From: Dicyema japonicum
Taxonomy: Eukaryota; Animalia; Dicyemida
Length of the DNA: 64,000 nucleotides
NCBI GenBank assembly: GCA_011109175.1
Contig: RDEW01000023.1
Span: forward strand, 848,154-912,153
Direction of reading: 5' to 3'
Made by a program: the position numbers and the translations under genes. The first letter of the stretch is position 1; each line of letters starts with the position of its first letter. The notes beneath the pieces were generated by a model. That model had not been told where the DNA came from. It made no database searches and saw only the letters and a list, made by a program, of their open reading frames with translations. Positions 28,480 through 39,430 of this stretch are shown piece by piece.

Positions 28480-28550
28480 ATGGAAATCGAACCCACAATC
28501 AATCGCGACACAAGTGACAGCATTAACCACTATGCTACAAAGAATAAGCT
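28480..28550 (-). mobile_element. tRNA-like head (pseudo-tRNA or second SINE family)
   Basis: TAGCATAGTGGTTAATGC D-arm, GTG anticodon loop, GTGGGTTCGATTTCCAT T-arm. Acceptor stem does not pair. Confidence 0.6.
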
Positions 28551-28609
28551 CTGTATAAAATCCCACTATTTTAAAAATCTTAGTAATACTCATGAATAAG
28601 CTTAGATTA

Positions 28610-28700
28610 AACACTGATGACCGCGTCACTTGTAAACCCTTGAGCATCGTAGATGCGTTAAATCTTCACCGAATAGACAGCAGCGAGATTCAAAAAGGGG
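28610..28700 (-). mobile_element. Divergent fragment of the tRNA-SINE family
   Basis: Reverse complement AATCTCGCTGCTG...GCATCTACGATGC...AGTGACGCGGGTCATCAGTG matches the SINE body. Confidence 0.7.
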
Positions 28701-28762
28701 ACAGCAATCAATCAAACGGTCGAATAATAAAATTATTTTTTTCCAAGAATTTAAAAACATAG

Positions 28763-29088
28763 GGCCGCGTGGCGCCATGTGGTGCTGCGTGGTTAATCAG
28801 TTGAAGTTTTCTGTTTGCTTGTCTCTTCCTCTTCTCTCTTCCTAATAGAGTGGCGTCATGTGATCCACCTGTCTAGGTGACGCCCATTGCCAGGCCGGCA
28901 TGAAAAAGGATCATTTGCTCTCCCCCACTCCACTGGAGAGGTTTCCAAAACTGCATGTAATGGATGTCTTACCTTTTATGCTGATTCTGGATGGACTCTG
29001 TTTCTGTAGAAGTGGAAACTGGATACACCTAATTAGTTGTTTACTTTAACTTATTTCTCGGTATATCCGGGGTTAATAAAATAAATAA
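28763..29088 (+). mobile_element. Family A short retroelement, full copy
   Basis: Leader, 5' pseudoknot module and LINE-like 3' end CACCTAATTAG...CCGGGGTTAATAAAATAAATAA. Confidence 0.85.
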
Positions 29089-29404
29089 GCTTTAGATAAG
29101 AAATAAATATAATTATACGAGATGCCAACACGTCAATGCTTATCAGAATGATTGGATGTATTGATTGCGGAAGGAAGAGCCTATATTGACACGATGGCTC
29201 TTCCAAAACATTTGGCTCACGATCATGAGGGGTAACATCTCTACAAAACACTATGGAGCCCTTTAACCTTGTATTGACATTTGAGACTGAATTATTCCAA
29301 TAAAATTAACGTATTGGACGAGATTTACGGACATAAAATGAAATTCAAAAATGTACTACAATATAGACTTATTCAAAAAATAAGAAAAAGGAAATATAGT
29401 GAAT

Positions 29405-31124
29405 CTAAAAAAATTCTTCAGTGGAAATATTTGTTTGGGCGTCCAGGGCGTACTTAACACCTGGATACGATATTTTCAATGGCTGGAATGGAAAAACTAA
29501 TCTGATATCTTGAAATAAAATTTTTTCATTATTCTCCGTATTCTTCACTCTAATTGATAATTTTCAAACTTCAACCTCAAAAATACACAAAACTGAAGAA
29601 AACTCTCGTATTTTGTTGGGTCTACGGTTTTGTCAATTGGGGCATAGTTAACCACGTGGCGAATGTAGACGATTGAGTTTGGCGACATGTGTGGTATTTT
29701 AAATTTTATAAAAAACATTCTTCTAACAAAGTCTTCAGAACTAAGCAGAATCTAAGTGAGTTAAACGATAACCATTTGAATCATCCCGGATCTCTTTATT
29801 CTATAGCACGGATTCAAATCCCTAAGGTCCACATAACCCTAACAGAATTATAAACACGTGGGACCAAATATGGATAAATATTTATGTTGTTCGCATATTT
29901 TTCAAAGAAAAAAGAGATAACAGGTAGGTGGATTTCTTCAAATATTTGAGATTTTCTAGTGAAGCTAATTTTCACGGTAAATCCCATAACAAAACCAACG
30001 GGATAAAACGCTAAGCTGAGCAAATTATTCTAGGAAATTCAACCCCAAAACAACCAAATATGAATCAAGGAATCCAGTTGGTCTTTGTATAGATGTGCTC
30101 TTGATCATTTGGGACAAAGCCCTTGGATCCCTCGGGTACTTCGAGTAGACCACGGGACTTCTACAAATAATTCTAAAACTGACGTTTCGTGTTTTCTATC
30201 CCCCTCTGTCTGTTTTTTTTCGACAAAAGTCTAAATGTAATTTTGTAAGCTACCGAACTCGGGGACATTACAGATTTTATTCTAAAATTTCATTAAAATT
30301 ACGACTTTGGAAGATTTGGAAGAACGGTCAGTTCGTCGACGGGACCCACCGTTGCTTTCAATGGTGATAGAGTTTCGCGTTTCCTTGCTGAAGATAAATC
30401 GATTTTTTTCGTCAACGTCTGGACTTTGAAAGGTTACTTTGAAGAGTTTGGAACCAGAAAATACGCTGGTTTTGTAATACAATGTGTTCTCTTTTACTGT
30501 TACATTTCCTCGAAGAGGAAGCCAGTCAATGACAATGGACAATGCTTCGTCTTTCTCTTCATATTTTGCCTTTGGAAAAATTATGTGTTGATTTTGATCC
30601 ACAAATATTGACTTTGCTTCAAAACTGGTCGATATTTGCAGGCGATAATTTATTTGTCGATGCTGATCGATAAATTGAGATATTTCACCATTTTTGAGAT
30701 AGAGATTGAGATATTTCACCATATTGGCTGATCTATCGTTTCTACATTAAATCTGGGGATACTCTTTGAAGTTTCCGATTTTGGAAAGAGTCCATCGTTC
30801 GATCAATAATTTTTCTTCAACTTCGATTTCTTTGGTGGAATCAATGGTCATATAAGTCTCAATGTAAATTGACGGAATTTCAGACTCCGTCAAATCAAGG
30901 CCAAGCAACTCCAAAATTATATCGTTTGTGTCGGAATTCTATAAATTTTAAGGTTAAACAACTTCATCGACCCTAACTTTAGTAGAATCGAACAATTCAT
31001 CTAAAGTTATGGGTTTGGCCGAATCATCCGTTCGGTTAATTCTCCAAGTTTTTACGTGGTCGTATAGATTGGAGTAAAAAACACAAAGAGCCCCTGTTTC
31101 CTGGCTTTCACCCATTGCTTTCAT
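29405..31124 (-). CDS. ATOS: ATOS/FAM214 (atossa) homolog: N-terminal HORMA-like region plus DUF4210-type C-terminal domain
   Basis: Spliced (21-26-nt introns) translation gives LLIERWTL...INYRL...HIIFP...ALSIVIDWLP, then LAFYPVGFVMGFTVKI, IHLPV, PYLGYVDL, YRIKRSGMIQ, KILFQDIRLVF, aligning by eye with ATOS motifs. Ends TAG; start uncertain. Confidence 0.75.
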
Positions 31125-32229
31125 GACTTTAGAAATATCGCGGTTTTTCTTTGAGAATACTATTTTATATAAAACTTATAGCTGATGTAATAAATTGCAT
31201 GATTTTTGTTATATGATGATATTGTCACTATTTTTATCGATAATCCAATAATTTACGTAATATTTGAGTAAGAGCCTTATATGAATTATTCTGATAATCG
31301 ATCTGATTGGACGAAGATTTCCTTTCGGCTCCTTACCTACTTCGAGTCAGAGGCGTTATTTGATCCACCTAACAGACCTCCAATGCCTTGCTAGTATCCA
31401 AAAAGTTCCTCTCTTACTCCAGAGGAGGAGTTACCACAATGGTGGATACTTTGAAAGAATACGACACATTCCGACAGAGGGAAATAGGACAGAGGAATAA
31501 ATAGGGGAAATGAAACCTACATCAGGGGTTATTAAATAATCGATCGTTACGCAAAAAAAACAAATTCTATAATATTCAGAGTCAACAGTTCTCTGATAGG
31601 AAATTGATTTGGTAGATTTTCAATCGATTGATTCACTAATCGGGTTCCTAGAAATTCAAACTATTCTATGTATGTTTTCAGTGCATTTTTGCCATTATGG
31701 GATAATTTAAATTCTGTAAGAGTTTTCAGTGTTTGCGTTTTGTGGTTCAAATATATTATCTTTGAGTGAAAATAAAGTCTAGGAAGAAATACAGGAGAAA
31801 TCTTATTCAATCCTGAGCTTACATAACTTAACGTTCCAACTGTTATTAATCCGTAAATATTTTTGTCGACTATACTCTTTTTGTAATCGCACAATACATC
31901 TACTTTCTCTCATAACAGATGTAACCTCTTGTCTCCTTTTGCTATGCATATAGGCAAATCATCGGGAGACACTGGATATCCTAAGTTTTAAACTAATAAA
32001 CTGTTGGACGCACAGATTTTAAACCTTTGAATCTCGTCCAGGACGCAAAATAGAACAATATAAGTGATTATTTACCGAATGTTGTTTAGGAAGATAGTAC
32101 GATTCAACAAATATTTCTAATATAATGAAATTAGCTTTAATCCAACTTAAAACCGAGATGTAAAACCTTTTTAAAGTTTATGAACTCTTCAACCTAATTA
32201 TATGATATATTTTTATAATCATTCAATGT

Positions 32230-32940
32230 TCTGAAACCCCACAACGATATTGGTTGCATCTCGGGCTCAATGCTAAGAAACTTGATGAGTTGTTTTGTGG
32301 CGATTGTTGACCGGATTCATCCTCTTTCTTTCGCCAGGAGGTTATCTAGAACACCACCCTCAAAGAAATCAAATGTTGTCGGAAATCAGTGGGTTCGCGT
32401 CTCTAGTAAAGGCCCAAAGAGTTGACCACGGGGATGGTAGGACTTCATGAGACGACCATTTTCCATTCTCACCGTGAAGATCTCCTGTGTGAGATATCAC
32501 ATATAAATTGTTTTATTTTCTAAATACCCAGACAGTGAATATTTTTCGTTAACCGACAGTCAAAAGATTGAGCTAATAAAATAGCTTGGTTTTAGGTTTT
32601 AGTACGGCATAGTAAAATCTCTTCATCTCTTTAAGATGAATTTGATCTCAGATGACTTGGAAACCATAGCATGCGTTGCTTCATCACTGGTTCACTTTTT
32701 CTGTCGACATTTTGTTTCTCCAAATGTTGATTATGCCGAATAGCCATAAACAAATTCACTGCATTTAATTTGGAATTCACCAGACTCTCAATTTTCTGGT
32801 TTACTTGCGAAGAAATTATTTTTAACATTTCTGGCTTTTGAATTTGTCCGGAAGGACCTTCCAATACACCAAGGTATTTATATCCATCCATTCCCTCTAA
32901 CAACTTGTTTTCTGAACTCAGGCATTGCTATTTCCTCTCC
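32230..32940 (-). mobile_element. R4/Dong-like fragments
   Basis: GYKYLGVLE...SKLNAVNLFMAI. Confidence 0.7.
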
Positions 32941-33551
32941 AAACTTAGACTTGAACCCTTTCAAGAGAAAGCCTATCCACCTCTGGGACACGACCGAGTC
33001 TAGAGAGCGTGTTTTCAATAACCGAGGCAGCCCATTGTTCTCGACAATCAGTTGTTGTGGAAAATATTATTGCTCGTAAAACCGTAAATTTCGTGTTGTT
33101 TTGCTGAGGACGAATCCTAAAAGTATTCGGCAGAAACATGTCGGACAAGCTCGGCGATCGTTCGATTTGGGTTTTCTTTACTCGATTCGGCACAGAAGTC
33201 CGAATAATCAGATAAATTTAGATGGTTCTTATCAACAACAGCCATTAACCAGCAACGTGTTTTTTTATTTGAAGTATTCTATTAATATTCAATTATTATT
33301 GAAGGTATTCGTTAAAAAAGCAACGTTATTATGTATAAAACGTCTAATGCAAGAAATTTGTTCCTAGCATTAAATAAGTATGCTGCCTCGCTGCTAAACT
33401 ACTACATAAATCTTCAATCAATCACTCCGAAGTAAAACAATTTTCCAGTAAAAAACATAATCTCCCAACAGCTGAATTAAAATTAACTATTCTTTTTCCT
33501 TTTTCCTTATAAAATTAATTCAATTAATATTTTTATATATTAATAATTTAA

Positions 33552-34130
33552 ATGATTCTTAGTGGGGTTCGTTTGGTTTTAAAATTATTAGAGATTGCTA
33601 GCATTGAGAAGGCCTATAATTAAATTAAACTCGCCCAAACAGTGGTATTCGAAGAATATGAACGATTGGGAGTTAATTTATAAGGGAGCCTTCGCAATCG
33701 AGTATTAACAGTAAAAAGCTTCTCCCTCTTCACAAGTTTGACTGGTCTTGGTCTTCAAGGATTCCTAATTTTGGCGGGAAAAATAAAATTGTCCCTTTTA
33801 GGAGCTGCTGTCTTATTTTCCTTCAATATCTTCGTTTTAATGACTCCCATTTTGCTACACGTGCTGACACGGAATTATGTGATGGCTATTTACTATAACG
33901 AGTCCAAGGACATTTATCAACTAAACACATGTTCTTTGGTTTTGAGAACGCTGAAATTTCAAGTTCGGAATACTGACGTTACTATTCCTCCGATTCCTCG
34001 GTTTTTTGAAACTTTCCGTGTCAACAATCGATCCTTTTTCACTTCAGAAGAGGGATTTTCTACACGTGCTCACTTTAAGCGATTCTTTGAAGGGGATGAT
34101 GTGCTTAATAAGGCTGATGAAGTTATTTAA
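33552..34130 (+). pseudogene. TMEM70: TMEM70 (mitochondrial ATP synthase c-ring assembly factor) with a 1-nt frameshift
   Basis: Exon 1 plus intron 33567-33591 gives an Arg-rich presequence MILSGRLLALRRPIIKL. Then DWELIY[fs]GSLRNRVLTVKSFSLFTS, TPILLHVLTRNYVMAIYYN, DVTIP...FETF. Frame break at about 33682; could be an assembly error. Confidence 0.7.
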
Positions 34131-34269
34131 TATTTTTGATATTTGACTAATAAAATTTTGTTTATATTTATTGACTTGTTTTATTTTAATTCAAAATAAT
34201 TATCTTGGACAGTATGTGAGGAAGATCGAGGAAATGCAAGAGGGCTTTTAGAGTGGTGGATTTGTAAGG

Positions 34270-34450
34270 AATATCGAACCGGGGAGCCTCTCATGAGACT
34301 GGATTCCAGAATTCAGTCCCGTAAATTCAATCAACCACCCAGTATTGTCATGTGCGGGCTTGAAGAAGGAACACCGGGCCGAGATAAGGTCTCTAATAGA
34401 ACTCATCGGGATCACGTGATAATTAGCTTGGTTTTACCGTGGTCTTTGGA
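34270..34450 (+). mobile_element. Family B LINE 3' end
   Basis: GATCACGTGATAATTAG..GGTTTTACCGTGGTCTT terminus. Confidence 0.65.
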
Positions 34451-34454
34451 TGTA

Positions 34455-34740
34455 TCTATCACATTACGTGGTTACCCATCATGGCTTTTAGCTAGTCCAA
34501 CATTTTTCCTCACAAATCTCCTCTATTACTCACGTGTTAATTTTTTGCTATAAATTATATCTATTTCACCAAGTCTTTACTTCATTTCGTAAATTTCTGT
34601 TGCACCACGGTGTCACTCCATTCCAAAATTCTTATTTGAACCACGTGGTTTCATTTTTACCATAAACTCTCTCTGCTACACCACGCGATCCTTTTGTCAT
34701 GAGAAATCTATTTCTATTATACCTCGTGATCCTTGTTATT
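34455..34740. repeat. Degenerate 35-42-bp minisatellite with CCACGTG-like cores
   Basis: Units starting CTATT/CTG(C/T)T then (CA)CCACG(T/C)G at about 34455, 34525, 34561, 34597, 34631, 34673, 34714. Confidence 0.5.
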
Positions 34741-35029
34741 CTTTTAGTTATTACCAGAAGTAGCTAAGTGGATAACGAAACTGCAGAAATGACCCCATAA
34801 AAAAAACTTGACATCGATCTTTCATATTGCTCGTAGAAATTCATTCAATTAAGTAACCTGGTCTAATTTTTGGCACAAAATAAAATACTGTGTTGAGCAT
34901 TACCATGATATCTCACAACGTTGAGTGTATGAGTATATGTTAGGTAACGAAAATGATTTATTTTTTATTAGAATGAATTTTTTGGATAATTTATAAATTT
35001 CAAAATTAAATATATTTACAAATATGGCG

Positions 35030-35250
35030 AGATTGGAGACCACTTTCGTTTTGTACCGGTGGCAATCGTGACGTCTGATGCCGCGGGAAGTATCACAGCT
35101 TTTTTCCTAAAGGAAATCGGGGGGAAATTGACCCACCGTAAGAAAGACGTGCGGGCGGTCTGGCTGAGATAACGAATTGGGATTGCAGTTGTCCGCGAAA
35201 ACGCTTACACCGTAATGTCAGCAGCCGCTCTTCCCCATAGTTAATAAATT
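35030..35250 (+). mobile_element. CRE-clade extreme 3' fragment
   Basis: FVPVAIVTS...RIGIAVVRENA. Confidence 0.7.
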
Positions 35251-36044
35251 ATTTTATTGTTAAAAATAAAAATTTATACATTTTAATGAAATAAAAATAA
35301 TATGTCAAACTTTATCGATTATTTCATTGACACGTCAGATATCTCGATTTTTATAACCATTTTGTCGAGGCGTATTAATGTTTTTATTACTAAACCTCAA
35401 CTTGAGGAGGACATACACTTTATTTTAAAGGGAAGAAAAGTTTTGCTGATTAATAGTATAGCAATATAAATTGTTTTAATTGCTAAACACATATTCCGCA
35501 AATACTTGTCGTTGGTCTATGCTCAAAAAGTTAATGTAGCTCGGGTGAACTACAACATAGCTCTATTCATATCTTCATCGCATCAAGTTAGAAGTGATCT
35601 TTCTTCACCTTCGTAATGGAGTCAGATAGCATCGGTAACCATAAATGTTTAAATTAATAAACATCAGATACGTCAATGTCTGGGTTAGAACACCGACTCA
35701 CCCAAATTGGAGTAAATTAGATAGGATCTGTCTACGTTGGAAGGGAACAGGGGAATTGTTAGATAGTTAAAGTTAAAAAAATAATATTTTGAGGATTAAA
35801 TAGAGTTTTGAGAGTAGTCCTGAGCTAAAAGGAACCTTAGAAAATTGGAATCGGCTTTGCGCAATATCAGAGAATTCTCCTCGGTTAGGAATTCCAAATG
35901 ATTGGAAAGGGAACTGTTCCAGTAATCAGCACACGCATAGGAGATGCTCGATGCAAATAAGAAATTTGTGACTAGATAATTTTCGGCCTTCCATAATTTT
36001 ATGAGGTTTTTAGACGTTAGACTTTTTCCCACAATTTATTTATG

Positions 36045-36440
36045 TATTATTAACCCAAGAACACCAATAGTTAATAAAATTACTAAATTAATTAAGTGAT
36101 CTCGACAGCCTCAATCAGATTTCTCATCCTTTCCTTGTGGCTTCTGGGATCCAAAACAGCTTCTCAGTGATTATTTGGGGAATAAAAATTGGAGAGGGGT
36201 GATGTATGTCCTTCTCATAAGACACGTCCTAACTGTGTACTGTTGGGAGTTGCAGTTCATGCTCAGGGAGCAAATCCCTTTACATTTCGTCGGATAAGGT
36301 CTTCAAGTGATAAGGGGAATAGTTTTTCTAGTTTCCCAAGATTACTAATAGTAGTGGTTGTCAAGTACTCAATGTCGCTGATTTTTTGATTGTTCGTTTA
36401 GGAAGATTAATTCCCATGACGCAATTGCATAGATGACAGA
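36045..36440 (-). mobile_element. Family B LINE 3' fragment
   Basis: Homologous to 17600-18020. Confidence 0.75.
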
Positions 36441-36464
36441 TGGCTCAAATAATTGTGCAATTTA

Positions 36465-39430
36465 TTTATTTAACCCCAAGACCACCAGGAAAGATAAATC
36501 AAAACTGACTAATTAGGTGATCCCATCCTCCAGCAACATCCGAACTCTCTTCTGATTATCCAACCGCACTCCGGAAGCGTCTTCTCTTCCTTCTGCAAAG
36601 GGATTCAATCGGCGTACACTTTTTTATTACCGACCGATATCCCTCTGCATGGGCCACCTTTTCCATGAGTGAGTTTCCCAGTTCCTTGCAGAAACGTAGT
36701 AAACCCTGGCCATTTTTCAACGTTGCCTCATCAGAAACGAGGTCGCCAATGAGGATGTCCGTGTGGTGCATAATTCTCCGCCTGAGGGATTTCAAACGGT
36801 CCATTGTCGAAGGGGAAATCACAAACTTCGAAGCGGAATTGGCATATTCAATGGTCGGTACAATTACTTGTTGATAGACTCTGCTGATGCAAGCAGCCGG
36901 AAAAAATGGGCTCTTCTTTATCATCGCATTCAGAATGTTCCATTTTCGAAGACCCTTGGCAAGCAGCTTTTCCACGTGACTCGAGAACGTCAACAGAGAG
37001 TCGAATGATACACCAAGGATCTTCTGGGTCCTGCGTAAAAGGGATGGGAGTGTTTCCGATGGATATCTCAAGCCCACCTTTGAACCTGTCCGTAGTGAAT
37101 AATGTGAACTGAGACTTGGATGCTGATACACATAACATATTTGCAGATAGCCAGTCACTGATTCGGTTTAGGTGTGTCTGAAAAGTTGCTACAGCCATGG
37201 AAGGAGATTTATTTCTTGCAGCGATAATTAGGTCGTCCGCATAGGATAAAAACATAGTGTCCTGGTCATTAATAGTAGGTAGGTCATGTAGAAATAAATT
37301 GAAAAGGAGAGTAGATAAAGGGGAGCCTTGCAGGACCCCACTGGGGAGTAGTCTTGATTTTGATGTGGTTTTGTCAATACGGACCCTTCCGCGTCGTGCA
37401 GTTAAGAAGTTTTCCAGCCATAGCTTGATGTTTGGGTGTAAGTTCGAGTTAAAAATCTTTTGAGTTAGAAGTTTCCTCGGAACATATCAAAGGCCTTCTG
37501 TATGTCGATAAATACTAAGACCGTCCGTAAGTGTGTTCTCATGTTGAAGCCGTAAGTAATAAACTGGAAGATAGAACCCAAATGAGTCGTTGTAGAACGG
37601 TCTGCCCTGAAACCATGTTGAAACTCTGGTAGATGTAGAACAGGAGAGATGCGCATTAACACAAGCTTTTCCGGTACTTTTGATAAAACACAAGTTATTG
37701 AGATGGGGCGGTAAGAAGAGGGAACGTCTTTTTGGTTTTCTGGGCTTTAGGATTGGCGTAATGAAAGAGTTTTTCCATATACAGTAAACCATCATTAGTC
37801 CGAACTTCAATAATCCGAATTTTTTGATGAGTTAGCAACATTTTACAAAATTTCTTTACAAACAGGCTTCAATAAACCGAAAATTCATTATCCGCAATCC
37901 GAAAGACATTTATCAAATATTTCGGATTAATTTATTTTGTCTTTGTTATACATTCAGATGAATTTACACTTAAATCTAACAGTACCTAATTGTTAGAAAA
38001 AACTAATATTTGTGAAATAAAAATGTCAAATATGACTCTCAGAGAATTATCTCAAATCTGTGAATAAAAATGAACCTTTATTTGGGAATTTCTACCCTCA
38101 GAAAATTTAAAAAACCGTAAAAGTTGGAAAACTGTGAAACTACGATTAACAAGTCAAGACAGCCAAGTGGTAAACATCAACTTAATAATTCACTTGTTGA
38201 ATGGATGAAATTAATGGTTTTATTACTGAAGATATCATCATTTCATAAGTTAAAGTATTTTGTGTAAAGCTTGGAATCAATGATTTTGAAATTAGTAAAG
38301 GCTACACAGATTTAAAAGAAGAATTAATCTTAAACTAAAAGTTCTTCACGAAGCTAGCAGCTTAACACAATATGAAATTAATTTGAATAGACAAATATGA
38401 TTATTTAAAAATTGACCATGACGTGTTGTAAAAATGGATAAAACTAGACTCTTTTTTCAATCTTACCTTTTTAAAACAATTTCATCTAAAGATAGAAATG
38501 GCATAAAGCAATCAAAAGTGAGGATTACTATAGCTCTTTGAGCTAATGAAACTGGAACAATAAAAATTAATCCTTTTTATTGGCCATTATAAAAAAACCA
38601 AGATTTTTAAAAGATTTTGACTTTGAAAATTAATGTACTATGTAAGTAAAAGGGTTTTTGATGACAACATAACTTTTTAATGTTTTCATCAGTCATCATA
38701 GTGATGAATTAAAATGTTACAGAAAAAAAGTTATTTTTACTGATTGATAATACTCCATGTTTAACGAAATTTTTTTAGAAAATTGAAATTTATTACTTCC
38801 AAAGAACACAACTGCACAACTTCAACCATGGATGCAGGCATAATCATGAACTTTAAGCATTATTATAGAAAAAGGCTTATTTGGATTATATACCCTTGAT
38901 TTGGAAAAAGATTTTTTTGTGAATTTACGGAAAGCCATCATTATGGGATCTGACACACAAAGTAAAAGAAGGACATGAAATTGTTTTAAAAATACTGAGG
39001 CAATTAAATGTCTTGATTACTTTGCTAATGAAAGATATAATGCAAGATCCTGTTTTAAATGGGTATCGAACGAACTGAATTTGCTTATGAAAAAGAAATA
39101 ACTCAAACAGAAGTGCTCGACGAGAACGAGATCGTCATTCTTTGTGAAGATTATAATGTCGACGAGGAAATTATTGATGCTAAAATGGAATGATATTATA
39201 TGTGAAAACATAATATTAACTACAATGAAATTAATATATTTGTTTTCCTCACAATCCGAAATGCATCCAAATTTTTTTGTTCGGATTAATGAGGGTTTAC
39301 TGAATTAGGTAGCGTATGGTAGTTGATAAAGTCGTTGTACAGTCTTGATAGTATGGCCAAGATGTTTGAGGTGAATAGTGTAAATACTGTCGGGACCACA
39401 AGCACGAGTGGGACCGTAGCAATTTAATAG
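36465..39430 (-). mobile_element. Vingi-like LINE family B RT copy split by a Tigger insertion
   Basis: RACGPDSIYTIHLKHLG at 39303-39430 continues as WKNSFITPILKP at 37780 and below. EFQHGFR, IDIQKAFD, FLSYADDL; family B 3' terminus at about 36470. Confidence 0.8.
37782..39302 (+). mobile_element. pogo/Tigger DNA transposon, degenerate
   Basis: 24-bp TIRs CAGTAAACCATCATTAGTCCGAAC / GTTCGGATTAATGAGGGTTTACTG (2 mismatches); left flank TA. Motifs IDNTPC and LLPKNTTAQLQP.DAGII. Confidence 0.85.

Noticed and set aside
28480-28550. Functional tRNA-His gene
   Set aside because: Acceptor stem does not pair and the anticodon stem has a mismatch; treated as tRNA-derived.
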